DNA of 64,000 bases from positions 128,001-192,000 of the forward strand of contig CAVUWA010000001.1 of NCBI GenBank assembly GCA_963744995.1, written 5' to 3'. Below, piece after piece: positions 51,171 through 61,231 of this stretch (positions within the stretch are counted from its first letter, which is position 1; the number at the start of each line of letters is the position of its first letter). The position numbers were made by a program, and so were the translations under genes. The notes under the pieces are model-generated. The model was not told the origin of the DNA. It was given only the letters and a program-made list of their open reading frames with translations, and ran no database searches. This DNA comes from Candidatus Eiseniibacteriota bacterium. Its GTDB lineage: Bacteria; Eisenbacteria; RBG-16-71-46.

Positions 51171-52100
51171 TCACCGATACGCGACCTTCAGCCTCCCCCA
51201 GCTGGTCGGCAGCGCCGGCACCGGCAGTGAGCTGAGGCGCATCGTGGCGATGCTCTGCGGCTGTCCGATCTGTCCGACGCCGCATGATCCGGTCGCTTCG
51301 GCGTACAAGATGAACTGCTCGAAGCTCTCCACGGGTCCGACGTCGGGCGCGTAGCGCACGTAGCCTTGGGTCTCTGCGCGGAACGTCCCCAGCGGGTTTC
51401 CCGACGGGTCGGTGCATTCGCTCATCCCGTAGTCGATCAGGTAGTCCACGCGTACGCAGCCGGGGAACGTCCCCGCGGGCACGACGGCCGGCTCGACCGC
51501 TGCGATCGTGCCGTGCAGGAACACGTCGCTCGCGAGGTCGGGAACCAGCTGCAGCGTGAAGGTGTTCCCGATCGTGAGATTCGAAACGAGCCACTGCCAG
51601 GAACGGGTGTTCGCGGCGTTGCAGCGCCACGCCGACACGTCGCTCGCGGTCCTGAGCCAGGCGAACTCGCCGCCCAGCAGCAGCGCATAGCCGCCCGCCG
51701 GATGCGTGTCCGGGCAGGGCGCATCCGCGGCGGCCTGCTCGATCCGCGCGCGCAGATCGGGACGTGCGATCCACACCGCGCGCATCAGCGGATCGGGAAC
51801 CGCCACGACGAGCGCCGCGTCGGCGAGCATCGTCCCGGCGCTCGGTCCTCCCACCAGCTCCTGGCGCAGGTACTGGGCCGCGATTCCGCCGGCCGCCGTC
51901 GTGGTGCCGTCGAAGAACACGCGCAGCTGATTGTCGATGACCTGCGCGTTGAAATCGTACGACTCGTAGTGCTGTTCGTAGCTCCAGCTGAGCCCGTCGG
52001 TGTTCGGCCAGAGCTGATCCATGGTCGCGGGCTGCGCAACGGCCGGGGCGGCGAGGAACAGAGCGGCGAAGGCGAGCAGAGGCGTGGCTCGGATGACCAT
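51171..52100 (-). CDS. secreted hypothetical protein with C-terminal SWGxLKxxYR tail
   Basis: RBS GAGGTG, signal peptide, VPAGTF..C..V and YAPDVGPV (DUF3108/TapB-like motifs); ends PVPALPTSWGRLKVAYR. Confidence 0.8.
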   Translation of the reverse strand: MVIRATPLLAFAALFLAAPAVAQPATMDQLWPNTDGLSWSYEQHYESYDFNAQVIDNQLRVFFDGTTTAAGGIAAQYLRQELVGGPSAGTMLADAALVVAVPDPLMRAVWIARPDLRARIEQAAADAPCPDTHPAGGYALLLGGEFAWLRTASDVSAWRCNAANTRSWQWLVSNLTIGNTFTLQLVPDLASDVFLHGTIAAVEPAVVPAGTFPGCVRVDYLIDYGMSECTDPSGNPLGTFRAETQGYVRYAPDVGPVESFEQFILYAEATGSCGVGQIGQPQSIATMRLSSLPVPALPTSWGRLKVAYR

Positions 52101-52354
52101 GGCGGCACCTCGCGACATCGGGGTCCTGCGGGCAGGTGCGTCGAGCCTAGCACCTTCGTTTGCCGCTCCGAACGGATTTCCCGAGGCTCGGCAAGGCGAC
52201 GTGTGGGGCCGAAGCTGCCCGTGACTCGGTCGACCTCGTGACCCGCCGGAGAGCGGCCGCATCGCTTCGCCTTGGCTCGGCGGACGCTGGCCGCGCGCTC
52301 CGCGTCGGCGAACGCCGCTTGATGCACTCGTCTGCCCCCCACTAGATTGCCGGG

Positions 52355-53071
52355 ATGGACTCCCTTGCCCACCTCGTCGCGGTCGGCGCGTGCCTGGTGA
52401 TCGGCAGCGCCGTGCAGGCGTCCTGCGGCCTCGGCCTCGGCCTGGTGGCGATCCCGGGACTGATCTTCCTCGAGCCCCGGATGGTGCCGGGCCCGCTGCT
52501 CGCCTCCTCGCTGCTGCTCTCTTCGCTGGTGCTCCGCAAGGAATGGGGCTCCGCCGACTGGCACGGCCTCCAATGGGCGCTGGTCGGCCGCGGCGTTGGA
52601 ACGGCGGCGGCCGTCGCAGTGCTCCCGCTGCTGCCGGGACACCACATGGGAAAGATCCTGGGCGGCCTGCTGCTGGTGGGCGTGCTGCTCACGGCGCAGA
52701 ACCGGCTGGTTCTGAAGCCGTCTCCCCGGACGCTGTCGCTCGCCGGGGTCGTCTCCGGTGTGATGGGCACCACGGCCGCCGTGGGCGGGCCCGCCATGGG
52801 GCTCGTCTACAGCGGCGCGGACATGGCCCGCCTGCGCTCCACGCTCGCGGCGTTCTTCATCGTGGGCACCATCGTCTCGCTGATCGCGCTGCGCGTGACC
52901 GGCCACTTCGGCCGGACCGAGCTGCACCTGACGGCCGTGGGGATTCCCTCCGTCGTGATCGGCTGGTTCCTCGGGCGGGCGATCCGCGACGTCGTGCCGG
53001 CGATCGCGCTCAGGCGCGGCGTGCTGCTGCTGGCCGCGGCGGGCGGAGTCGTCGCGCTGATCCGGGGGTGA
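52355..53071 (+). CDS. TauE/SafE sulfite exporter family membrane protein
   Basis: Multi-TM; QASCGLGLGLVA.P, SGVMGT.AAVGGP, RSTLAAFF. Confidence 0.85.
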   Translation: MDSLAHLVAVGACLVIGSAVQASCGLGLGLVAIPGLIFLEPRMVPGPLLASSLLLSSLVLRKEWGSADWHGLQWALVGRGVGTAAAVAVLPLLPGHHMGKILGGLLLVGVLLTAQNRLVLKPSPRTLSLAGVVSGVMGTTAAVGGPAMGLVYSGADMARLRSTLAAFFIVGTIVSLIALRVTGHFGRTELHLTAVGIPSVVIGWFLGRAIRDVVPAIALRRGVLLLAAAGGVVALIRG

Positions 53072-53224
53072 AAGCAGCCCCGCAGGGGTTTGCGGCGGGG
53101 CGCCCGGGCACGGCCCGCCCGCTGTTACAATCGCCCTCGGCGCGGCTCCGGTCGTCGGTCGGGATCCCGCGCGAGATCGCGCAGGCGTTCATCTGCGTTC
53201 ATCCGGCTCCACCGAAGGACACCC

Positions 53225-54970
53225 ATGACTCCCAACCCGCTCGAGCTTTCCTACCTCCGCCAGCAGATCGTCGGGATCGACGCCACGTTCGCCACGCCGT
53301 TCGGCGAGCGGCTGATGGTGTACTGCGACTACACGGCGTCGGGCCGCTGTCTGCGCTTCGTCGAGTCGTACCTGCAGAGCATCCAGCGCGTCTACGCCAA
53401 CACGCACACCGAGGACGACGTCACCGGGCGCAGCATGACCCGCCTGCTGCACGCGGCCGAAAGCGCGATCAAGCGCTCGGTGAACGCCGGCCCGCACGGC
53501 CGGATCGTCGCCTGCGGCACCGGCGCGACCGGCGCGATCGACAAGCTGCAGCAGATCATCGGCGTCGCGCTCGCGCCCGCAACGCGGCAGAATATCCTCG
53601 ACATCGTCGATCACTCCGATCTGGACGGGGCGGCGTTCCGCAGGGCGCTCGACGAGCGACGCCCGGTCGTCTTCGTCGGTCCCTACGAGCATCACTCGAA
53701 CGAGCTGTCGTGGCGCGAGTCGCTGGCCGAGTCCATCGAGGTGCGGCTCGATGCGAACGGCCACATCGACCTGGACTACCTCGAAGCGCTGCTCCAGGAG
53801 CCGGCGTACCGGAACCGCCTGCGCATCGGCTCGTTCTCGGCGGCCTCGAACGTGACCGGCCTGCTTACCGACGTGCGCCGGGTGACCATGCTCCTCCACC
53901 GTTACGGTGCGCTCGCCTGCTTCGACTACGCCGCGTGCGCGCCGTACGTGAAGATCGACATGAACCCCGCGCCGCAGGCGGAAGGCGAGGATCCCTCGAT
54001 CGACGCGATCTTCGTCTCGCCGCACAAGTTCCTCGGCGGCCCCGGCGCGAGCGGCGTGCTGGTCTTCAACGAACGCATCTATCACCGCGAGCTGCCGCCG
54101 AGCGTGAGCGCGGGCGGCACGGTGGACTACGTCGGCATGACCGATCAGGACTACGTCGCCGACATCGAGGAACGCGAGAAGGCCGGCACGCCGGGCGTGC
54201 TGCAGACCATGAAGGCGGGGCTGGTGTTCGAGGTCAAGGACCGCGTCGGCGCCGATGTGATCTGCAGGCGCGAACACGAGCTGACCGCGCGCGCCATGGC
54301 GCGCTGGGGCGCCGATCCCGGCATCGAGATCCTGGGCGATCCGGATCCTTCGCATCGCGTCGGGATCATCTCGTTCAACGTCAAACATCCGAACGGGAGC
54401 TACCTGCACCACAAGTTCGTGACCGCGCTGCTCAACGACCTGTTCGGCATCCAGTCGCGCGCCGGCTGCTCGTGCGCCGGCCCCTACGGCCACCGCTTGC
54501 TGGGGATCGACCACGAGACCTCCGAGCGCTACCGCGAGGTCGTGCAGCACGGCCACTGCGGCATGAAGCCCGGCTGGTGCCGCATCGGTCTGCACTGGGT
54601 GATGGACGACGCCGAGGCGGACTACGTCATCGAGGCGGTGCGGTTCATCGCCGGCCACGGTCACGCGTTCCTGCCACTCTACGAATTCGACCTCGCGAGC
54701 GGCACCTGGTCCCACAGGGACGACCCGGTCGAGCTGCCGCAGTGGTCGCTGGACGATGCGCTGCGCGGCGGCAACACGGAGCCATCGTGTCTGTCGCTGG
54801 CCGAGCGCACCCAGTTCTACGAACACTGCATGAACGAAGCGAAGCGCTGGGCGCGGCGTCTCGAAGCCGGGCCCGCCGAGACGCCGGCGTCGCTCGACCG
54901 CGAACTGGGCGAACTGCAGTTCTTTGCACTCCCGGCCCGCCCCACCGGGCGGGAGCCGGCCGGGCGCTAG
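53225..54970 (+). CDS. class V PLP-dependent aminotransferase (cysteine desulfurase-like)
   Basis: YCDYTASGR, EHHSNE, SAASNVTG, SPHKFLGGPG, RAGCSCAGPYGH. Confidence 0.88.
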   Translation: MTPNPLELSYLRQQIVGIDATFATPFGERLMVYCDYTASGRCLRFVESYLQSIQRVYANTHTEDDVTGRSMTRLLHAAESAIKRSVNAGPHGRIVACGTGATGAIDKLQQIIGVALAPATRQNILDIVDHSDLDGAAFRRALDERRPVVFVGPYEHHSNELSWRESLAESIEVRLDANGHIDLDYLEALLQEPAYRNRLRIGSFSAASNVTGLLTDVRRVTMLLHRYGALACFDYAACAPYVKIDMNPAPQAEGEDPSIDAIFVSPHKFLGGPGASGVLVFNERIYHRELPPSVSAGGTVDYVGMTDQDYVADIEEREKAGTPGVLQTMKAGLVFEVKDRVGADVICRREHELTARAMARWGADPGIEILGDPDPSHRVGIISFNVKHPNGSYLHHKFVTALLNDLFGIQSRAGCSCAGPYGHRLLGIDHETSERYREVVQHGHCGMKPGWCRIGLHWVMDDAEADYVIEAVRFIAGHGHAFLPLYEFDLASGTWSHRDDPVELPQWSLDDALRGGNTEPSCLSLAERTQFYEHCMNEAKRWARRLEAGPAETPASLDRELGELQFFALPARPTGREPAGR

Positions 54971-55123
54971 AGGGACGCTCCCCGGGCCGCGAAAGGCGCG
55001 GCCCCGGGGTCGGACGCGATCCGTTTCGTCCCCATGGGAACCTTGTGGACGTTCTGCCCGTAAACTGACGGTCAGGGGGGCATACGCCCCTCACCCGGAA
55101 CCCCCGATGGAGCGTGCGCAATC

Positions 55124-56386
55124 ATGAAGAAGAAGACCGTCCTGCTCGCCGGCGCCGCGGTCGTGGTCATCGCGGTGATCGTCGGCTTCGTCGCGATGCG
55201 CAGCCGCGGAAGCGGGCCCCTCGAAGTGCAGACGGCGAAAGTCTCGCGGCAGCGGATCGTGCAGAAGGTCAGCGCCACCGGGAAGATCCAGCCCAGGACG
55301 AAGGTGGAGATCAGCGCCGACGTGAGCGCGAAGATCATCCAGCTCCCGGTCGTCGAGGGCCAGACCGTCGCCAAAGGCACATTCCTGGTCGGCCTCGATC
55401 GGGACCGTTACGTGGCCGCGGTCGAGAGCGCCGAGGCCAACGTCGGTTCGGCCGAGGCGAATGCCACGCTGGTGCGCCAGAACATGATCCGGCTCGAAAA
55501 GGAATACGAGCGCTCGAAGGAGCTGCTGGCCGGGGGACTGGAGTCGCAGGCCACCTACGAAGCCAGGCAGGCCGAGTACCAGGTCGAGGCGGCGCGTCAC
55601 AAGTCGGCGCTGAACCAGGTGGAGCAGGCGAAGGCCGCGTTGCGGCAGGCGCGCACCGACCTGTCGAAAACGACGATCTACTCTCCCATGGCCGGCACGA
55701 TCAGCGCCCTCAACAAAGAGCAGGGCGAGATCGCGCTGGGTTCCCAGTTCCAGAAGGACGTGATCCTCGTCGTCGCGGACCTGAGCGAGATGGAAGCGGA
55801 GGTCAACGTCGACGAGAACGACATCACCTCCATCGCCGTCGGGCAGGACGTCGAGATCGAAGTCGACGCGATGCTCGATGTGCCGCTGAAGGGCGTGGTG
55901 TCCGAGATCTCGAGCAGCGCGAACACGTCGGGTGCCGGCACGTCGGATCAGAAGACCGAGTTCATGATCAAGGTCGGCATCATCGACCCGCCGAAGACGC
56001 TGCGACCCGGGATGACGGCCAGCGCGGAGATCGTCACGCAGACCAACGACGACGCACTGAGCGTGCCGTTGCAGAGCGTCGCCGTCCGCGCGCTGGACCA
56101 GCTCAGGAGGAAGGGCGAGCCGCAGGCCGACGTCGAGAAGCGCTACAGGCCCGACCGCGACGGGTTCGTCGAGATCGTGTTCGCCATCGACAAGGGCCGG
56201 GCGATCGCGAAACAGGTCGAGACCGGCATCCAGAGCGACGAACTGATCGAGATCCTGTCGGGCCTCGCGGAGGGCGACGAGATCGTCACCGGCAGCTACC
56301 GGGCCATTTCCAAGGATCTCGAAAACGGCGCGGCGATCACCATCAACCAGAACCCCAGGGAGCCGGCCGCGGCCACCGGGTCATGA
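55124..56386 (+). CDS. MacA-like periplasmic adaptor (membrane fusion protein)
   Basis: N-terminal TM, VSATGKIQP, coiled coil, IYSPMAG, LRPGMTA. Confidence 0.9.
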   Translation: MKKKTVLLAGAAVVVIAVIVGFVAMRSRGSGPLEVQTAKVSRQRIVQKVSATGKIQPRTKVEISADVSAKIIQLPVVEGQTVAKGTFLVGLDRDRYVAAVESAEANVGSAEANATLVRQNMIRLEKEYERSKELLAGGLESQATYEARQAEYQVEAARHKSALNQVEQAKAALRQARTDLSKTTIYSPMAGTISALNKEQGEIALGSQFQKDVILVVADLSEMEAEVNVDENDITSIAVGQDVEIEVDAMLDVPLKGVVSEISSSANTSGAGTSDQKTEFMIKVGIIDPPKTLRPGMTASAEIVTQTNDDALSVPLQSVAVRALDQLRRKGEPQADVEKRYRPDRDGFVEIVFAIDKGRAIAKQVETGIQSDELIEILSGLAEGDEIVTGSYRAISKDLENGAAITINQNPREPAAATGS

Positions 56387-56405
56387 GTAGGACGCGCACG
56401 ACGCC

Positions 56406-57644
56406 ATGAAGCTGACGATCGATCTCGGCGAGTCGTTTCGCATCGCGGTGGGCGCCCTGCGCGGCAATCTCGCCCGCGGGGTGCTGACGACGCTGGGCAT
56501 CATCATCGGCATCGTGGCGGTCGTCACCACCATGACCGCGGCGAACGGGCTGTACAACCGGTTCCGCGAGAGCTTCTCCGCGGTCGGCGCGGACGTGATC
56601 TACGTTTCGCGCATGCCCTGGGTGGTCATGAACGATTTCTTCCAGTTTCGGAACCGGCCTTTCATCGATCTGCGCGAGGCGCGGGCGCTCGAGCGGAAGC
56701 TGCGCGGGCGGGCCATCGTCAATCCATCGCTCAATGGCCGGCAGGACGTGCAGTACCGTTCCGAATCGATGGACGGCGTCACGGTGCTCGGCACCACCGA
56801 GAAGCAGACCCTGCTGTCCAGCGCGCAGCCGCAGATCGGACGGTTTCTGCTGTCCTTCGACGTCCACCGCAAGCGCAACGTGTGCGTGATCGGCAGCGAC
56901 GTTCAGGAGGGGCTGTTCGGCGCGGTCGACCCGCTGAACAAGTCGATCAAGATCGGGCGGACGTCGTTCCGCATCATCGGCGTCATGGAGAAGCAGGGCG
57001 GCAGCTTCCTCGGCGGACCCAACTTCGACCGCCAGGTCTTCATTCCGATCACTTCCTACGTCAAGGCATTCGGCGGCGACCGGCGACGCCAGGACGTCAA
57101 CATCGCGGTCAAGGCCCCCTCGAAGGAAGCCCTGGCGGATCTCGAGTACGAGGTGATCGGCAAGATGCGCTCGATCCGCGGGCTCAGGCCCGCCGCGCCG
57201 GACGACTTCTCGATCAACAAGCTCGACACCCTGGTGGGCAGCTTCAACAGCGTCATGGGCGTGGTGCTGCTGGTGGGGCTGCTGGTGACCGGGATCTCGC
57301 TGTTCGTGGGCGCCGTGGGCGTGATGAACATCATGTTCGTCTCCGTCACCGAGCGCACCCGCGAAATCGGGATCCGCAAGGCGATCGGCGCGACGCGACG
57401 CAGCATCCTGCTCCAGTTCCTGATGGAATCGATCACCATCTGCCTGCTCGGTGGCGCGGTCGGAATCCTGCTGGCATCGATCGTCACCGCCGTCATCAAT
57501 GCCGTGCTGATGCCGGCGAGCGTGTCGATACCGATCCTGGTCGTCGCCGTGCTGGTGTCGGTCGGCGTGGGCGTCTGCGCCGGGATCGTGCCGGCCTTCC
57601 GCGGAGCCAGACTCGACCCGGTCGATTCGCTCCGCTACGAGTGA
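56406..57644 (+). CDS. MacB-like ABC transporter permease
   Basis: LTTLGIIIGI, GVMNIMFVSVTERTREIGIRKAIGA, RLDPVDSLRYE. Confidence 0.92.
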   Translation: MKLTIDLGESFRIAVGALRGNLARGVLTTLGIIIGIVAVVTTMTAANGLYNRFRESFSAVGADVIYVSRMPWVVMNDFFQFRNRPFIDLREARALERKLRGRAIVNPSLNGRQDVQYRSESMDGVTVLGTTEKQTLLSSAQPQIGRFLLSFDVHRKRNVCVIGSDVQEGLFGAVDPLNKSIKIGRTSFRIIGVMEKQGGSFLGGPNFDRQVFIPITSYVKAFGGDRRRQDVNIAVKAPSKEALADLEYEVIGKMRSIRGLRPAAPDDFSINKLDTLVGSFNSVMGVVLLVGLLVTGISLFVGAVGVMNIMFVSVTERTREIGIRKAIGATRRSILLQFLMESITICLLGGAVGILLASIVTAVINAVLMPASVSIPILVVAVLVSVGVGVCAGIVPAFRGARLDPVDSLRYE

Positions 57645-57667
57645 GCCGATGACTGCGAGGCGCCGTC

Positions 57668-58915
57668 ATGAACGTCCGTGAAGCGCTGGCGATGGCCCTG
57701 GGCGCGGTGCTCGCCAACAAGCTGCGTTCCGCGCTGACGCTCGTGGGGATCGTCGCCGGGGTGGCGTCGATCATCGCGGTGATGACGGCGATCTCCGTGG
57801 TGCAGGCGACGCTGGAACGGGAGATGAGCGTCCTCGGCTCGCAGACCTTCCAGGTCCAGAAGTGGCCGGCGGGCGGCTTCAACTCCGATGCCGAGCGGCG
57901 CCGGGCCATGCGACGCCCGCCGCTCACCCTGGAGAACGCCGCCGCGATCCGCGAAGACGTGAAGGCCGTGAGCCTCGTCGGATCCGAGATCTGGGACTTC
58001 GGGTTCATCGCCTCGTACCGTGGCGAGACCACGAATCCGAATCTGTCCATCTGCGGCGGCACGCCCGAGTACCCGGCGAACAACACGCACTACATCGGTC
58101 TGGGCAGGAACCTGTCACAGATCGACGTCAAGAGCGGGAACCGCGTCGCGGTCATCGGCTACGCCATCGGTCGCAAGCTGTTTCCCTTCACCGATCCGAT
58201 CGGGCGCGAGATCCGCGTGGACGGACGCGAGTACCGTGTCATCGGGGTCTTCGACGAGAAGAAGTCGGCGTTCGGCGGCCACTTCGACAACTACGTCCTC
58301 ATCCCGGTCTCGACGTTCCTGAACATCTATGGCCCGGTGGATCGCCAGGGCAACCTGCGCTCGGTGAACATCACGGTCCGGGCGAAGACCCCGGCACTCA
58401 TGCAGGAGGCGATCGCCGAGACGCGGCAAGTCCTGCGCCGCGACCGGGGTCTGAAGCCGGGCGAGCCCGACAACTTCGACCTCTACAGCAGCGAAAGCCT
58501 GATCACCCAGTTCAACCGGATGAGCGGCGGCGTGAAGCTAGCGGCGTTCGTGATCGGGATCATCGCCCTGGTCGTCGCCGGCATCGGGATCATGAACATC
58601 ATGCTGGTGGCCGTCACCGAGCGAACCCGCGAGATCGGCATCCGCAAGGCGCTGGGCGCGCCGCGCCGGAGCATCATGATGCAGTTCCTGCTGGAGGCCG
58701 TGATCCTCTGCAACATCGGTGGCGTGGCCGGTGTCATGGTCGGCTTCGGGCTGGGCAATCTGGTCTCGGTGTTCGCGCACTTCGACGCCCGCGTGCCGCT
58801 GGAGTGGGCGGTCATCGGACTGTTGTTCTGCTCCATGGTGGGAATCGGCTTCGGCCTGCTGCCCGCCATCCGCGCCTCGCGACTCGACCCGATCGACGCC
58901 CTGCGCTACGAATAG
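57668..58915 (+). CDS. MacB-like ABC transporter permease
   Basis: NKLRSALT, GIMNIMLVAVTERTREIGIRKALGA, RLDPIDALRYE. Confidence 0.92.
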   Translation: MNVREALAMALGAVLANKLRSALTLVGIVAGVASIIAVMTAISVVQATLEREMSVLGSQTFQVQKWPAGGFNSDAERRRAMRRPPLTLENAAAIREDVKAVSLVGSEIWDFGFIASYRGETTNPNLSICGGTPEYPANNTHYIGLGRNLSQIDVKSGNRVAVIGYAIGRKLFPFTDPIGREIRVDGREYRVIGVFDEKKSAFGGHFDNYVLIPVSTFLNIYGPVDRQGNLRSVNITVRAKTPALMQEAIAETRQVLRRDRGLKPGEPDNFDLYSSESLITQFNRMSGGVKLAAFVIGIIALVVAGIGIMNIMLVAVTERTREIGIRKALGAPRRSIMMQFLLEAVILCNIGGVAGVMVGFGLGNLVSVFAHFDARVPLEWAVIGLLFCSMVGIGFGLLPAIRASRLDPIDALRYE

Positions 58916-59077
58916 CGGGGCGAGTCACCGCCCACAGGGCACGCGCGCGCCGGGCGTCCTCCCGACTGGAGCCGGGCCCCGCCGAGTCGTACAATCCGCC
59001 GCGCTCGCCCCACTCTCCGCAGGCCGAGTCCGTTCCATCAGACGATCCACGATTCCCTTCTTTCAGGAGCCCTGCAC

Positions 59078-61036
59078 ATGCCGAGCGCCGCCGAGCAACC
59101 CCGTGCCGGATCCACGCCGTCCCACCCTGCCGGATCCGGCGACCCCTACGCCGAATACGAGTTGCCGGTCGAGGGATTCGAGGGCAGCCCGGACGAGATC
59201 GAGACGCAGTGGTTCGAGCAGTGCTACGTCGGGCGCGGCGACACGATCCCGCAGCTCACCTGGCGCGCGGTCATCATGGGTTCGCTGCTCGGCGGCATCC
59301 TGTCGCTCACCAACCTCTACATCGGGCTCAAGGCGGGCTGGGGCTTCGGCGTCGCGATCACCGCGTGCATCCTGTCCTACGCGATCTGGACCGGGATCCA
59401 TCGGGTCGGGCTCGCGAAGACGAAGATGACGATTCTCGAGAACAACTGCATGCAGTCGACGGCCAGCTCGGCGGGCTACTCGACCGGCGGCACGCTGGTC
59501 TCGGCCTTCGCAGCCTACATCATGATCAACAACCAGACGCTGCCGTTCCCGCTGATGATCGGCTGGGTGTTCTTCCTCGCCGTGCTCGGCGTGACCATGG
59601 CGATCCCGATGAAGCGGCAGATGATCAACACCGAGCAGCTGCGCTTTCCGAGCGGCATCGCCGCTGCGGAAACCCTGCGCGCGCTGCACGCGACCGGCGA
59701 GAAGGGTGCCCGCGCCGCCCGCGCGCTCGGGATCTTCGGCGGCCTCACGATGCTCAGCCAGTTCTGGAGCGACGGCCTGCGCCTCATCAACACGAGGCTC
59801 GAGGCGTTCCAGATCTCCACCTGGGTGAACCTGATGAACGAGAGGTTCTTCGGCCAGGTCTGGATGGGCCGCACCGTCATGTTCATCTGGGATCCCATCT
59901 TCATCGCCGCCGGCATGATCGTCGGCATGCGTGTGAACCTCAGCATCATGATCGGCTCGGTCACCTGCTGGATGATCTTCGTTCCCTGGCTCCAGAGCCA
60001 CATCCCCGAGGCGGCGAACCTCACGGGCTATCGCGACCTGGTGCAGTGGACGCTGTGGGGCGGCGTGGCCTGCATGGTGACGTCCTCGATCCTGGCGGTC
60101 TTCCTGCAGTGGCGCAGCGCACTGCGCGCATTCGCCAGCATCGGCGCGATGTTCCGTGGCGCCACGAAGCAGTCGGACAACCCGGTGGACGCCATCGAAG
60201 CGCCGATCTCGTGGTTCCTCTGGGGGCAGCTGATCTCGCTGATCGCGCTCGGCTGGCTCGCGCACGTCACCTTCGGGATGCCGTGGTGGCAGAGTGTGCT
60301 GGCCGTGGCGCTGTCGTTCGCGCTGGCGCTGGTGGCGTGCCGGGTGACCGGTGAGACCGACACCACCCCGGTCGGACCGATGGGCAAGATCATGCAGCTC
60401 GTCTTCGGCGTGCTCTCGCCCGGCAACATGAACATCAATCTGATGAGCGCCAACATCACGGCGGGCGCGGCCACCTCATCGGCCGATCTGCTCACCGACT
60501 TGAAGAGCGGCTACCTGCTGGGCGCCCACCCGACCAAGCAGTTCCTCGCCCAGTTCGCCGGCATCTTCATCGGCACGCTGGTCACGGTCAGCGCGTTCGG
60601 CGTGCTGGTGCCGAACGCCGCCGCGCTCGGCTCCGATCAGTTCCCGGCGCCTGCGGCGCAGGCCTGGAAGGGCGTCGCCGAGGCGATGGCGCTCGGCATC
60701 TCGCACCTGCACCCGCTCAAGGTGTGGTCCATGGTGATCGGCGGCCTGATCGGGATCGTGCTGATCCTGCTGCCGCGGTTCTTCCCGAAGAAGGCGCACT
60801 GGATGCCGTCACCCGCCGGGCTCGGGCTGGCCTGGACCTTCCACTGGTTCTACGGCCTGCTGTTCTTCACCGGCGGCATCGTCGGCGCGATCTGGCAGCG
60901 GCGCAACCGCGCGCAGTCCGAGGAGTTCCTGTTCCCGGTCGCGTCCGGCGTGATCGCAGGCGGCGCGCTCATGGGCGTGGCGCTGATCTTCATCGAGAAC
61001 GGGCCGGAGATGATCCGCAGGTTCCTGGGCGGCTGA
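59078..61036 (+). CDS. OPT-family oligopeptide transporter
   Basis: QLTWRA, YIGLKAG, ILENNCMQS.ASSAG, LRFPSG.AAAE, DLKSGYLLGA, FPAPAA. Confidence 0.92.
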   Translation: MPSAAEQPRAGSTPSHPAGSGDPYAEYELPVEGFEGSPDEIETQWFEQCYVGRGDTIPQLTWRAVIMGSLLGGILSLTNLYIGLKAGWGFGVAITACILSYAIWTGIHRVGLAKTKMTILENNCMQSTASSAGYSTGGTLVSAFAAYIMINNQTLPFPLMIGWVFFLAVLGVTMAIPMKRQMINTEQLRFPSGIAAAETLRALHATGEKGARAARALGIFGGLTMLSQFWSDGLRLINTRLEAFQISTWVNLMNERFFGQVWMGRTVMFIWDPIFIAAGMIVGMRVNLSIMIGSVTCWMIFVPWLQSHIPEAANLTGYRDLVQWTLWGGVACMVTSSILAVFLQWRSALRAFASIGAMFRGATKQSDNPVDAIEAPISWFLWGQLISLIALGWLAHVTFGMPWWQSVLAVALSFALALVACRVTGETDTTPVGPMGKIMQLVFGVLSPGNMNINLMSANITAGAATSSADLLTDLKSGYLLGAHPTKQFLAQFAGIFIGTLVTVSAFGVLVPNAAALGSDQFPAPAAQAWKGVAEAMALGISHLHPLKVWSMVIGGLIGIVLILLPRFFPKKAHWMPSPAGLGLAWTFHWFYGLLFFTGGIVGAIWQRRNRAQSEEFLFPVASGVIAGGALMGVALIFIENGPEMIRRFLGG

Positions 61037-61231
61037 GGATGCCGCGCTCCCGCGGGGTCCCCTGGGGGTTCCCGCGGTAGAGACGGGCCGGGATGCCCCG
61101 TGCCCGGGGGCGCGGCGTCCCGGCCATCTTCGACGTCGTCACGCGACGGCCGCAGTGCTAGCCTCGTCGCGGCGAAGCCTTGGGCTTCGCCGTTGGCATC
61201 TCAGGCCCCGCACCCTCTTCCGGAGCGTTCC

